Source of the DNA: Nitrosopumilus sp. | Lineage (GTDB): Archaea > Thermoproteota > Nitrososphaeria > Nitrososphaerales > Nitrosopumilaceae | NCBI GenBank assembly: GCA_963667665.2 | Contig: OY763927.2 | Location: 160,001-224,000, forward strand | DNA length: 64,000 nucleotides | Direction: 5' to 3' | In this document: in pieces, positions 39,169 to 48,686 of the stretch | Position numbering within the stretch: position 1 is the stretch's first letter | Layout: each line of letters opens with the position of its first letter | Position numbers and translations under genes: made by a program | The notes under the pieces: model-generated | What the model was told of the DNA's origin: nothing | The model's input: the letters and a program-made list of their open reading frames with translations, nothing else | Databases searched by the model: none

Positions 39169-39735
39169 TTGGCACTAATCCCATTTCTTGTTGATGTTTT
39201 ACAAGACCCAATAATTCAATTAATTGCAGTTTTGAGCGCTTTTGGTATTGGCATATTTCAAGGAATTATTCTAGGACGAGCCATACTTGTAAGATTTACA
39301 CGTCTTCAAAATCATGTAAAGACTGTATCAATTTCTTTGTTTATCATATTTTTGGTAAATGCTGTTTTGAGTGTTCCACGTTTTGCTTCTCCTGAGAAAA
39401 TTGACCTCTCTAATGTGTCTGCAGGTAGTACAGGTGAAATTATTTCTTCTATCTTTTTGATTTTTGGAATGAATACTGGGTTTCTAACTGTGCTAGCTAT
39501 TTCTGTTACTGTGATGACTTTTGTTCTTTTAAAATATACAGATATTCGTGGAATAGCAAAAGTATTTGTTTTCTTTTTTAGTGCAATTATTCTATTATTT
39601 ACTGGTCTAAGTAGATTCACGGATCTAACCCCTAGTACGTTTGAGGTGCTTTTGTATTTTCTTTACCAGTTAGGAATTACTATTGGAATTCTTGCAGGTA
39701 CCATCAGAAAAATTAAACCAAAAAAATGGACCTGA
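39169..39735 (+). CDS. Multi-pass membrane protein (core genome resumes)
   Basis: 188 aa, about 5 TM helices, AT-rich composition. Confidence 0.75.
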   Translation: MALIPFLVDVLQDPIIQLIAVLSAFGIGIFQGIILGRAILVRFTRLQNHVKTVSISLFIIFLVNAVLSVPRFASPEKIDLSNVSAGSTGEIISSIFLIFGMNTGFLTVLAISVTVMTFVLLKYTDIRGIAKVFVFFFSAIILLFTGLSRFTDLTPSTFEVLLYFLYQLGITIGILAGTIRKIKPKKWT

Positions 39736-39809
39736 AATAATTTCAAACGTTTAAATCAGATTGTAATTGTTTTGATTTTGACATCGAATTCAAACCGTTC
39801 GGGGAACAA

Positions 39810-39838
39810 GCTGACAGTCCATGCGTTGGACTGTCAGC
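39810..39838. other. Perfect 12-bp GC-rich hairpin between convergent genes
   Basis: GCTGACAGTCCA-tgcgt-TGGACTGTCAGC. Confidence 0.6.
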
Positions 39839-39855
39839 CCCATTTATTATAAAAT

Positions 39856-41628
39856 CTAGTTCAATGATGATAATGCTTTAACTTGCTCATCTACATAATC
39901 AAAGCCTTCTTGCCAAAACTTTGGAGATCTGATATCAAATCCATATTCTGAGAGGAGTTTCTCTGGTTTTTTAGCACCACCTGCTGCAAGAATGTTGATG
40001 TATGATGGAACAAAATCTTTTCCCTCTTTTTTGTATCTTTGAAATAGAGATAACGCAAGCAAGTTTCCAAAAGAGTATGCATAGCAATAAAATGGTGTAT
40101 GATAAAAATGTGGAATACAACTCCACTCTATTGCAAAGTCTTCAGTAAGACTCACTGAATTTCCAAATTGCTCTTTTAGATTTTGTAGATATGTCTTTGA
40201 AATCCCATCTACTGTAGTTCCTTCTCCAATTTGCTTATGTGCATCAACTTCAAAGATTGTGAAAAATGACTGTCTAAGAATTGTTGCATACAAATCATCA
40301 ATTTTCTCTGATAACATGATCTTCTTTTCATCATCAGAAATCTTGTCAGAAAGATTGTCATACAATAATAATTCTGAAAATGTGGATGCAGTCTCTGCTA
40401 AAGGTAACGGGGCGTCTTGAACTAGAATTGATCTGTCTTGTGCTGCTTGGCTGTGTACTGCATGGCCTAGTTCATGAGCTAAAGTAAAAACATCTCTTGA
40501 TTTACCTGTAAAATTTACCAGAACATATGGTGTAATTTTTGGCGTTAAAGTACTACAAAATGCTCCATCTCTTTTTCCTTGTCTTATTGATGAATCAATG
40601 TGATTTTCATTGAAGACTTTTCTTGCAAATTCTTCTAATGTTTTATTAAATTTTCCAAGTGACTCAAAGACTAGTTTTACAGATTTATTGTATGTGTAAT
40701 TTTTTTCTTTGATGTTAGCTGCTGCTGGAGCATACACATCGTATCTTCTCAACTTTTTAATTTTTAACATCTTTGCTTTTTGAATAAAGAACTTTTGAAA
40801 AACAGGAGAATTTTTCCTACAAACTAAAAGAAGAGACTCTATAGTTTTATCATCAATGTTATTTCCAATGTTTCTCATTGAAATTGGGGAATCATATCCT
40901 CTAATTTCAATACCCTCATCTCTCCAATTAAGAACAATATTTTGATAGATCTCGCCTATCACTCCTTTGTTTTCGGTATATTTTGTTAGAATGGTTTTGT
41001 AGGCTGTCTCACGAATCTTTGGGCTAGTGCTTCTGACATAGTTTGTGAGTTCTTCTCTTGTCATTTTTTTGGTCTTGTTTCCAATTTTCATTTTGTATTC
41101 ATAGACATTAGTTATCTTGTCATAGAGTTTTACAAGTGCAGATATACCTGTAACATCTAGCGTGTTGATAATTTTTTCTTCAGGTTCACTCAGAGCATAT
41201 TTTGCAAATAGTCTTTTGTGAGCCAAATATTCTGTAAGCTCTCCTGAATCTTTGATTAGTCTTTTAGCGTTTTTTTCATCTACTTGTGTTTTCCACCATA
41301 AGTCAAAAAACAAAATCTTGTTAGAAATCTCAGAACCTAATTTTGACATCTTTGTCATTAGGGATGTTGCTTCATCTGATTGAGTATCTGAAGAATATGA
41401 CAATGATGCATAACCTCCAATTCTACTCATCTTCTCAGAAATTCCTTCCACTTCATTCAGAATACTCATAAATTTCTTTGAGGACATTTTTGGATCTAAT
41501 TTTAATTTTATTTTTTCAAACTTTTTTGCCTGATTTTCTAATTCTTTAATCTGTTTTTGAAATGCTGGACTCTTTGGGTTCTTTACTAATTCTGATAGAT
41601 CCCATTCTCCAAGCTGATATTCTACCAT
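39856..41628 (-). CDS. pepF: Oligoendopeptidase F (M3B)
   Basis: WDLSEL N-terminus, GKRDGAFC, TLAHELGH, AETASTFSE, HFY..FYCYAY. Confidence 0.92.
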   Translation of the reverse strand: MVEYQLGEWDLSELVKNPKSPAFQKQIKELENQAKKFEKIKLKLDPKMSSKKFMSILNEVEGISEKMSRIGGYASLSYSSDTQSDEATSLMTKMSKLGSEISNKILFFDLWWKTQVDEKNAKRLIKDSGELTEYLAHKRLFAKYALSEPEEKIINTLDVTGISALVKLYDKITNVYEYKMKIGNKTKKMTREELTNYVRSTSPKIRETAYKTILTKYTENKGVIGEIYQNIVLNWRDEGIEIRGYDSPISMRNIGNNIDDKTIESLLLVCRKNSPVFQKFFIQKAKMLKIKKLRRYDVYAPAAANIKEKNYTYNKSVKLVFESLGKFNKTLEEFARKVFNENHIDSSIRQGKRDGAFCSTLTPKITPYVLVNFTGKSRDVFTLAHELGHAVHSQAAQDRSILVQDAPLPLAETASTFSELLLYDNLSDKISDDEKKIMLSEKIDDLYATILRQSFFTIFEVDAHKQIGEGTTVDGISKTYLQNLKEQFGNSVSLTEDFAIEWSCIPHFYHTPFYCYAYSFGNLLALSLFQRYKKEGKDFVPSYINILAAGGAKKPEKLLSEYGFDIRSPKFWQEGFDYVDEQVKALSSLN

Positions 41629-41680
41629 TTGATAATATCATTTTCTAACTATTAAAAAATGAATGCGTGTTTAATCTAGA

Positions 41681-42010
41681 TTACACTAAGGACTTGTCAG
41701 TTTTGTCCATTATTTCTAAACTTTCAGTAGGTTTTATTTTATTTTTCATATAAGGAATTGCGTTTTCTAATCCCTCCATTGAATTATAAATTGTGTTTCT
41801 TTGGTATTCGCTAAGTGAAGAGCCCATTCGTTGTTCATACTCTGAAATTTCTAGAGAAAGTTTTCTAACATCATTCATAAGTTCATTAGCATTTGTAATA
41901 GGATCTACATGATTACTCCAACCAAAGGTAAGTTTTGTAATTTTTAATACTAGCTCAGAAATTTGCATATTTTTCAATAGACCTTCTTCATCAATTTTTT
42001 GCGAATCCAT
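41681..42010 (-). CDS. Hypothetical protein
   Basis: ORF 41681-42076; more probable start MDSQK at 42010. Confidence 0.6.
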   Translation of the reverse strand: MDSQKIDEEGLLKNMQISELVLKITKLTFGWSNHVDPITNANELMNDVRKLSLEISEYEQRMGSSLSEYQRNTIYNSMEGLENAIPYMKNKIKPTESLEIMDKTDKSLV

Positions 42011-42076
42011 AAAAGTTGAAAAATGCTGTTTACTACTTAAGCATTTGTGATTAATAGTAAAAAACATCAGGCTCAA

Positions 42077-42334
42077 TCAATAATATTCTTCATGAAGATA
42101 GCACCACTTCCAAATGTCTCCTGGAATTGCCTTCATTACAGAATGCCCAGTTTCTTCAAAGTGCTTTGTTGCATGTTTACCAATTGATGAATCACAGCAA
42201 CCAACATGACCGCATGTTAAACACATTCTAATTGCAACTACTGGTAAATGTTCTTTTTCACATTCCTCACAACTTTTTGTATTTGGCGTGGTTCCTTTTT
42301 TTTCTTGAGAAAAATGTTCACATTGTTTTGACAT
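42077..42334 (-). CDS. Stand-alone UBP-type zinc finger protein
   Basis: CEH...CEEC...RMCLTCGHVGCCDSS..KHATKHF..TGH..WKWCY. Confidence 0.9.
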   Translation of the reverse strand: MSKQCEHFSQEKKGTTPNTKSCEECEKEHLPVVAIRMCLTCGHVGCCDSSIGKHATKHFEETGHSVMKAIPGDIWKWCYLHEEYY

Positions 42335-42335
42335 T

Positions 42336-42875
42336 TCAGTATTTTTTTAGAGTATCTTTGTATCTCTTTACAGAGTCAATGATTACTATTTTTGCCTCTT
42401 TTGCTGTTCCCCATCCTAAAATTTCTACTTTCTTTCCTTCCAAATCTTTGTAAACTTGGAAAAAGTGTGCAATCTCTGAGCGATAGTGATCTTCTATGTT
42501 TGTAATGTCTGTGGTGTGTAAATATCTAGGATCATTTGTTGAGACACAAATAATTTTGTCATCTGATTCTCCATCATCTTTCATTTGAAGTAATCCTATT
42601 GGTCTTGCTTCAATGAGAATTCCAGGATATGTTGGGTTAGTTACTAGTACTAGTGCGTCAAGTGGGTCCCCATCTTCAGATAACGTTTGAGGTACTAGTC
42701 CATAATCTCCTGGATAATGAAATGGCGAAAACAATACTCTGTCAAGCTTTATCATGTTGTGTTTTTTATCATATTCATATTTGTTCATGGATCCTTTTGG
42801 AATCTCTACAATTACATTGATAATTTCAGGAATATCTGACCCTGATTCGATATCGTGCCAAAAATTTTTACTCAA
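42336..42875 (-). CDS. ppa: Inorganic pyrophosphatase (family I)
   Basis: EIPKGS.NKYEYD, YP.DYG..P.TL.EDGDPLD, DDKII. Confidence 0.96.
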   Translation of the reverse strand: MSKNFWHDIESGSDIPEIINVIVEIPKGSMNKYEYDKKHNMIKLDRVLFSPFHYPGDYGLVPQTLSEDGDPLDALVLVTNPTYPGILIEARPIGLLQMKDDGESDDKIICVSTNDPRYLHTTDITNIEDHYRSEIAHFFQVYKDLEGKKVEILGWGTAKEAKIVIIDSVKRYKDTLKKY

Positions 42876-42972
42876 TTTCTAACTCTCCAGTTTACTTATT
42901 CGGTATATGTATTCTATGAATGATTTTCTAAATTCGGAAAAATATTTTATCTTGTTTTATTATGAATGTTTA

Positions 42973-43539
42973 TTGGCAAAAATTGTAGTAATCCTTGGCT
43001 CTGTAAGATCTGAACGAAATGGAATTAAGGTTGCAAAATGGGTTGTTGGCAAACTAAAAGAAAAAGGCCACCAAGTTTGATTGGTAGATCCTGTAGAATT
43101 AGACCTACCATTATTAGACAAAATGTACAAAGAGATGAAATCCCCTCCTGAAAAATTACAGGAACTTCAAAAAATCATTAAAGATGCAGATGGGTACATC
43201 CCAATAGCTCCTGAATACAATCATAGTATATCTTCTGCTATGAAAAACACATTGGATTATTTCTTAGAAGAATATTTTTTCAAACCTTCAGATATCATAT
43301 CTTATTCTGTAGGTCCTTTTGGTGGTATTGTTGCAGGAAATCATCTTCGACAAATATTAGCAGAAATGGGTGCATCTGCTATTCCTTCACAACTTCCAAT
43401 CTCCAAAGTCCATGAAACCTTTGATGATGGAAATCTTCTTGATGAAAACTATGATAGAAGATTTTCAAGATTTCTAGATGAGTTTGAATGGTATGTTACA
43501 GCTTTGGCAAAACAAAGAGAATCTGGGACGCCTTATTGA
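42973..43539 (+). pseudogene. NADPH-dependent FMN reductase with in-frame TGA at codon 36
   Basis: TTG 42973: MAKIVVILGSVRSERNGIKVAKWVVGKLKEKGHQV*LVDP..., then PEYNHS and MKNTLD; stop at 43078-43080. Confidence 0.8.
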
Positions 43540-43541
43540 TC

Positions 43542-43973
43542 TTACACTTGATCATTGGTGTTTGGAATTACTCTGAAGATTTTTACAGTGTAATCTCCTT
43601 CAAAGACATTTACAACTTTTCCTGTACTTGAATCAAGACTTGTAACTCTGAATTTGTACTCATAAGAGCCATCTCCTTTCACGTCAACTTGTGTAAAGTG
43701 AACTGGATCTTCTCCCTTGTAAAATTGAATGATCACTGGATATCTTTCAACATAATCAGATGCTGCTCCTTTCACAAATCCCCATGGAAGCTTGTTGTCT
43801 TGAGGAATACTCATTGTAGTTGTAGTCTGTTGCAAACTTGTCTCCTCACTAATTGGAGTCACAGTTATGCTGTTTTGACTAGTATGGGCTGAAATATCCT
43901 CTGGGATCATCATTATGGCAAATACTGTCATAATTGATGCAATCAAAAATATGCTTGATTTTGTATTCATCAA
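43542..43973 (-). CDS. Secreted hypothetical protein
   Basis: Signal peptide plus beta-rich domain. Confidence 0.7.
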   Translation of the reverse strand: MMNTKSSIFLIASIMTVFAIMMIPEDISAHTSQNSITVTPISEETSLQQTTTTMSIPQDNKLPWGFVKGAASDYVERYPVIIQFYKGEDPVHFTQVDVKGDGSYEYKFRVTSLDSSTGKVVNVFEGDYTVKIFRVIPNTNDQV

Positions 43974-44031
43974 TCTCTCTTTTTTTGTAAACCCTTTAAA
44001 ACTTTGTTACTAATTTGTTCCAACTTTGTTA

Positions 44032-44172
44032 TTATGGTAATTCATCTTCTAAATCTGAACATGCCTTGTGAACCCATTTTTCATTAGAGTTTTTTATGAT
44101 CTCTTTACCCACTTTGATCTCTCCTCCACATTCTACACATTTTCCATTAAATCTGGCTTTCACAAATTTCAA
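44032..44172 (-). CDS. Small Zn-binding protein (46 aa)
   Basis: Manual translation MKFVKARFNGKCVECGGEIKVGKEIIKNSNEKWVHKACSDLEDELP. Confidence 0.6.
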   Translation of the reverse strand: MKFVKARFNGKCVECGGEIKVGKEIIKNSNEKWVHKACSDLEDELP

Positions 44173-44226
44173 CTGTTTTTATCCAATTTTAACTAACTAA
44201 TTTGAGATCTTTCTTAATTCTTGTTT

Positions 44227-44973
44227 TCATTTATCTAAAACACATGAATTGGCATCAGGATCAAAGACGGTTCCTGCACCACATTTTGAATTAGCTTCAG
44301 TAGATGTCTCTACCTCACTTGTTGAATCTTTAGACTCTATTACACTTCCTAAAACACATGAATTGGCATCAGGATCAAAGACGGTTCCTGCACCACATTT
44401 TGAATTAGTTTCAGTAGATACAATCATCTCGCTTGTTGAATCTTTAGCCTCTATTTTGTCCTCTATGGGATCCTCTGTACTCCGTCTCTCTAGATCATTG
44501 TCCAAAAAGCCTTGGCTATATGCACCACCAATTATTATTAAAATTAAAACAGGAATACCAATTAAAATGGGAATTTTTAATCTAATACTTCTTGTCTGAT
44601 TTTTTGACCTAGCAGATGGCATTTGCACATCTGCTGTTTTAGGTTCTGCACCAACTTCAAAAATAGAAGAGCCACAAACCATGCAAAAATTAGCTCTTGT
44701 TGGACTCTTTTTTCCACATTTCCAACAATGAATCATGTCCTTATCTTCAGACTCACTTTCTGTCTTTTCAACAATCTCTGATTCTATATCGGGCTGGTCT
44801 ATACGATGCTTGACTAGGTATTTCTCTCTTAGTTGTTCTAGGTATCTATCATCACTCTTCCAAATAGTGTTGTTTAGGATGTGTGCTTGTTTGATATGCT
44901 CTAGTCTGTATGGATCCCCCACCCCGAGTTTCAATAATGCGTTTACATTATCTATAACGTCTTTGGAATCCAT
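44227..44973 (-). CDS. Zinc-ribbon membrane protein with duplicated extracellular Cys-pair motif
   Basis: CWKC..CMVC, TM helix, two copies of NSKCGAGTVFDPDANSCVL at a 114-bp period. Confidence 0.75.
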   Translation of the reverse strand: MDSKDVIDNVNALLKLGVGDPYRLEHIKQAHILNNTIWKSDDRYLEQLREKYLVKHRIDQPDIESEIVEKTESESEDKDMIHCWKCGKKSPTRANFCMVCGSSIFEVGAEPKTADVQMPSARSKNQTRSIRLKIPILIGIPVLILIIIGGAYSQGFLDNDLERRSTEDPIEDKIEAKDSTSEMIVSTETNSKCGAGTVFDPDANSCVLGSVIESKDSTSEVETSTEANSKCGAGTVFDPDANSCVLDK

Positions 44974-45228
44974 ATTCGTTTCTATTATGGACTATTCTAA
45001 ATTGTTTCCTTTTAGAACAACGAGATACATGGAAAACACATGATTCTAGGACGTTTTTTTAACATGAGGTATTTTCCAGACCTATCATTCTACGACGCAG
45101 AACAAAGGCTTCTCGTTATATTGTATATGTCAAAATACTATATAACAATTATTCATACTTTCAGATAACATGTGATTTTTAGATGAAGTAAGACTCTTAA
45201 TTGATGAACATATGAAATCAAGAGTTCG

Positions 45229-45861
45229 ATGTTCACAGAAATAATGATGATTGGCGGATTATTTTGGTCTGTAACATATATTCTAATTATTAGACGAGGC
45301 TTCAAAGATAAAACATTTGGAATGCCCATGGCTGCACTTTGTGCAAATATTTCATGGGAGGTAATATTTGCATTTTTCATTCCACATGATGCCCCTCAGA
45401 TTTATGTAAATTATATCTGGTTTTCTTTGGATGTGGTAATTGTAATACAATTTTTAAAGTATGGAAAAAAGGAATTCTCAAATATTCCTAAATGGCAGTT
45501 TTTTGCCGTATTTGCATTAGGAATAGCAATTGCAATTCCAATGATTTTGGCGATAAATTATGAATTTGAAGATGAAACTGGGGCATATGCTGCATTTGGA
45601 CAAAATCTTGTGATGTCTATATTGTTTGTGACAATGCTGATAAACAGAAAAGGTATTGGCGGTCAGTCATTCTACATTGCATTATTCAAGATGATTGGAA
45701 CTGCAATAATCAGTTTAGCGTTTTATCAATACAAGTCTCTTGCTCAAGATTCAATTTTGCTGCAATTTCTTTTTGTATCGATATTTATTTTTGATTTAAT
45801 CTATACAATTGGAATTTATCGCAAGTGTAAACACAATGGAATTTCTTTAAAGCAATTCTAG
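45229..45861 (+). CDS. PaxB/Pyr4-like integral-membrane terpene cyclase family protein
   Basis: W..TYILIIRRGFKDKTFGMP..ALCANISWE; ~7 TM; KMIGT; late Asp in FIFDLIY. Confidence 0.7.
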   Translation: MFTEIMMIGGLFWSVTYILIIRRGFKDKTFGMPMAALCANISWEVIFAFFIPHDAPQIYVNYIWFSLDVVIVIQFLKYGKKEFSNIPKWQFFAVFALGIAIAIPMILAINYEFEDETGAYAAFGQNLVMSILFVTMLINRKGIGGQSFYIALFKMIGTAIISLAFYQYKSLAQDSILLQFLFVSIFIFDLIYTIGIYRKCKHNGISLKQF

Positions 45862-46053
45862 AATCTAATTTTCATGTTCTTACGACTTCATATCCTGATA
45901 CATCCGAGTTCCAGATTATCTTAACATCAGATGTCGATTCAAAATTTGAAATAAAAATAGTCATATCCAAAGAAATATTGTAATCTTTTGCAAGAAATGT
46001 AAGAATTATAACATAAAATCACATTTATAAAAAATTAGATTTGATTAAATCTG

Positions 46054-46587
46054 TTGAGTAAAACAAAAGATGAGGTATTCAGTTTACGATTTACAAAAGA
46101 ACGAGCAGATGCTATTAGACTGACAGCAAAAGAACACAACATTTCACCTACCAAAGCAGCTGAAAATATAATCATTAACAATATTGATGTTTTGAATAAA
46201 TGCTTCAAACGTCAAGATTTGATAGTGCAGCGTGGAGAGATAAAAAAACTATACAATAAATTCTCAAAAGAGGAATTAGATGAATGGGTTGGAGAAAAAT
46301 ACGAATCAACACGATCATGTATGCGATTATTTTCTCCAATGTTGCAATTTGAAGAGATGGTATCTACAATGTCTTTATGGTTCAAACAAAACGGCCATCA
46401 TTTGTATTATGACGATAGTGAAGGAATTAGAACCATAGTGTGTGCCAATAGTGATATGGGACATAATTGGCTTTATGTGAATGGAATGGTATATTTCAAA
46501 ATGTTCAATGATGCAAACTATTCAACAAGCAATTTTGAATCAAATGATGAAAAATTTGAATTTAAAATAAAAATTCCAAGACATTGA
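46054..46587 (+). CDS. Hypothetical protein with possible N-terminal RHH
   Basis: VFSLRFTKE.ADAIRLTAKEHNISPT pattern. Confidence 0.6.
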   Translation: MSKTKDEVFSLRFTKERADAIRLTAKEHNISPTKAAENIIINNIDVLNKCFKRQDLIVQRGEIKKLYNKFSKEELDEWVGEKYESTRSCMRLFSPMLQFEEMVSTMSLWFKQNGHHLYYDDSEGIRTIVCANSDMGHNWLYVNGMVYFKMFNDANYSTSNFESNDEKFEFKIKIPRH

Positions 46588-46780
46588 TCATAAATTTGAA
46601 TAAATCAAAGAACAAAAACCTTTTTCACCCTTTTCAAAATCTTGTCCACATTTTACACATCTTGGCATACTTTTTTTTGAAATCTTCAAGAGGAATATAA
46701 TAATTATCTCTCAGATAATTCCCATTTTTGGGAAGTATTATATTCAAATATATGATATTCATAAAAATAGATTTTAAGAA

Positions 46781-46882
46781 TTGGTTAAGAGAATACAATG
46801 TCCTCATTGTAAAAAACATCTAGCTGGGGAATCTAATCTGCAAAGACACATCAAAACCATTCATAAATCTAAGAATTCTTGA
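46781..46882 (+). CDS. C2H2 zinc-finger microprotein (33 aa)
   Basis: Manual translation MVKRIQCPHCKKHLAGESNLQRHIKTIHKSKNS. Confidence 0.55.
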   Translation: MVKRIQCPHCKKHLAGESNLQRHIKTIHKSKNS

Positions 46883-46911
46883 AATTTGAAAATACAACCG
46901 ATTTGGAAAAA

Positions 46912-47043
46912 TTAGAATTTTTTCTTATGAATATGATCCCAACAACAACAATAATTCCATGTACAGTTCTTACATGTTAAAGGTGATGGCGAATTCTTGC
47001 ATTCTTCAGGAGTACAACCACAATCGGCACATTTCCTTGACAT
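46912..47043 (-). CDS. Cys-rich microprotein (43 aa)
   Basis: MSRKCADCGCTPEECKNSPSPLTCKNCTWNYCCCWDHIHKKKF; the longer ORF call overlaps a tRNA. Confidence 0.55.
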   Translation of the reverse strand: MSRKCADCGCTPEECKNSPSPLTCKNCTWNYCCCWDHIHKKKF

Positions 47044-47126
47044 GACTCTAAAAAAAATGAGATAATATGAACATATTAAGTATATGTAATTATTTAAAAA
47101 ATCTGTTTCGATTTGATAAAATATTA

Positions 47127-47223
47127 TGGTGGACCGAATGGGATTTGAACCCACGACCTTTGCGGGAAATAATTCCTTACGCAGTGTGAGTGCGTCATCC
47201 AAACCAAACTAGACGACCGGTCC
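47127..47223 (-). tRNA. tRNA-Val(CAC) with a 19-nt non-canonical intron (about position 44/45) and encoded CCA
   Basis: ACGCA-CTCACAC-TGCGT anticodon arm; BHB TGCG-TAA-GGAA..TTCC-CGCA-AAG; intron 47159-47177. Confidence 0.88.
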
Positions 47224-47318
47224 AACAAATTTACAAAATAACAAGCTTTTCTGTCTTTAGATTTTCAGATATTTCGTAATTACCCAGCCCTTTTGTATCA
47301 ATTTTCAAAATATCATAC

Positions 47319-47567
47319 ATGTCCTTACAGGAATTTGATGCCTTGATTGATAAAATGACTTTAGCATTTGAATATGCAGACAATCTTGGACAATTTGTTG
47401 ATGCTGCCAAAATTTTATTCCAAATGAATGAAGAATTACCTGATGATATTCAGCTAAATCTTGAGGAATTAGAAAATCCTGAAACTGCAAAATCATTCAT
47501 TATGCAATACAGTTCTGAGTTAAAATTTGCAATTGTAGAGTATAGGCAAAGATTGATGAATTACTAA
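47319..47567 (+). CDS. Hypothetical protein
   Basis: 82 aa helical ORF. Confidence 0.7.
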   Translation: MSLQEFDALIDKMTLAFEYADNLGQFVDAAKILFQMNEELPDDIQLNLEELENPETAKSFIMQYSSELKFAIVEYRQRLMNY

Positions 47568-47569
47568 TT

Positions 47570-47737
47570 CTATTTCTTTACACCGAGATTTCTGTTCTTT
47601 AATCTCAAGTATGGGTTTCTGCATTTTCTGCATCTTGTAGCGCCAATATCATTTCTGCATCCACACTTGAAGCAAATTTTCATTACAAGACGTGCTTGTT
47701 GTGCAATGCGTTTTTTTTCAGGATCTGTAATTGGCAT
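47570..47737 (-). CDS. rpl40e: 50S ribosomal protein L40e
   Basis: Manual translation MPITDPEKKRIAQQARLVMKICFKCGCRNDIGATRCRKCRNPYLRLKNRNLGVKK. Confidence 0.92.
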   Translation of the reverse strand: MPITDPEKKRIAQQARLVMKICFKCGCRNDIGATRCRKCRNPYLRLKNRNLGVKK

Positions 47738-47768
47738 TTAATTCACTCCAAAATCTCTCTCTTTTATT

Positions 47769-48686
47769 CTAATCGGATTTTTCCATCTTTCCTGCTAATA
47801 ATACAGGTACTTCTGCAGGTCTTTTTGCAACAGGAATGTTTGCCTTGTTAAACATTGATACTTTGGATTCAGCAGAACCATAAGTTCCCATTACAATAGC
47901 TCCAGCGTGCCCCATTCTCTTTTCTTTGGGGGCTGCACGTCCTGCAATGTATGCTACAGTTGGTTTGTTAAATCCTGAATCCATAATTCTTTGAGCTAGA
48001 ATTTCTTCAGAGTCGCCACCAATCTCTCCTACTATTACTAGTCCCTCTAAACCTGGAATGTCTTTTATCATTTCAAATGCATCAATGAGTCTTGTTCCAT
48101 TTACTGGGTCTCCGCCAATCCCAATTGTAATTGATTGTCCAAATCCTGCAGTAGTTAATGCATCTGAAATCTCATAAAGTAAAGTTCCACTTTTGGATAA
48201 AACAGCAATGTTTCCAGCTTTAAATGGCATTGGTGGCATTATACCAACTTTGATTAGTTCTGGAATCATAATTCCTGGAGTGTTTGGTCCAATGACTATT
48301 GCACCTTTTTGTTTTGCTAATTCAATTGTCTCCATCGTATCTCTAATTGGGACGTATTCAGGAATTGCAACTAGTAGTTTGATTCCTGCTTCTAGTGCCT
48401 CTTTTGCAGCACCAAGGAAGAATTTTGCTGGAACATAGATAATTGAAATTTTTGCACCCGTTGCATCTACTGCCTCTTTCATGTTATTGTAAATTGGAAC
48501 ACTGTCATTCCATGTTTGGCCTCCTTTGCCTGGTGTTACTCCTGCAACAACATTGGTACCATATGCAATCATATTTGTTGCATGTACTGAGCCATATGAC
48601 CCTGTAATTCCTTGAACAATTACTCCTTTTTTCTCATAATCTGAATCTCCAGGATTTCCTTTTAGTAGTTCAAAAATATCAGTCAT
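47769..48686 (-). CDS. sucD: Succinyl-CoA synthetase alpha subunit
   Basis: VQGITG, GVTPGKGG, GPNTPG, SKSGTL, RMGHAGA phospho-His. Confidence 0.96.
   Translation of the reverse strand: MTDIFELLKGNPGDSDYEKKGVIVQGITGSYGSVHATNMIAYGTNVVAGVTPGKGGQTWNDSVPIYNNMKEAVDATGAKISIIYVPAKFFLGAAKEALEAGIKLLVAIPEYVPIRDTMETIELAKQKGAIVIGPNTPGIMIPELIKVGIMPPMPFKAGNIAVLSKSGTLLYEISDALTTAGFGQSITIGIGGDPVNGTRLIDAFEMIKDIPGLEGLVIVGEIGGDSEEILAQRIMDSGFNKPTVAYIAGRAAPKEKRMGHAGAIVMGTYGSAESKVSMFNKANIPVAKRPAEVPVLLAGKMEKSD

Noticed and set aside
33058-43080. TGA recoding (Trp or Sec) suggested by two in-frame TGA codons
   Set aside because: TGA is a normal stop in many genes here and TGG is used for Trp; neither site is a catalytic Cys position
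46912-47202. 96-aa ORF as called in the track
   Set aside because: Its 5' half overlaps tRNA-Val; only the part from ATG 47043 is plausible
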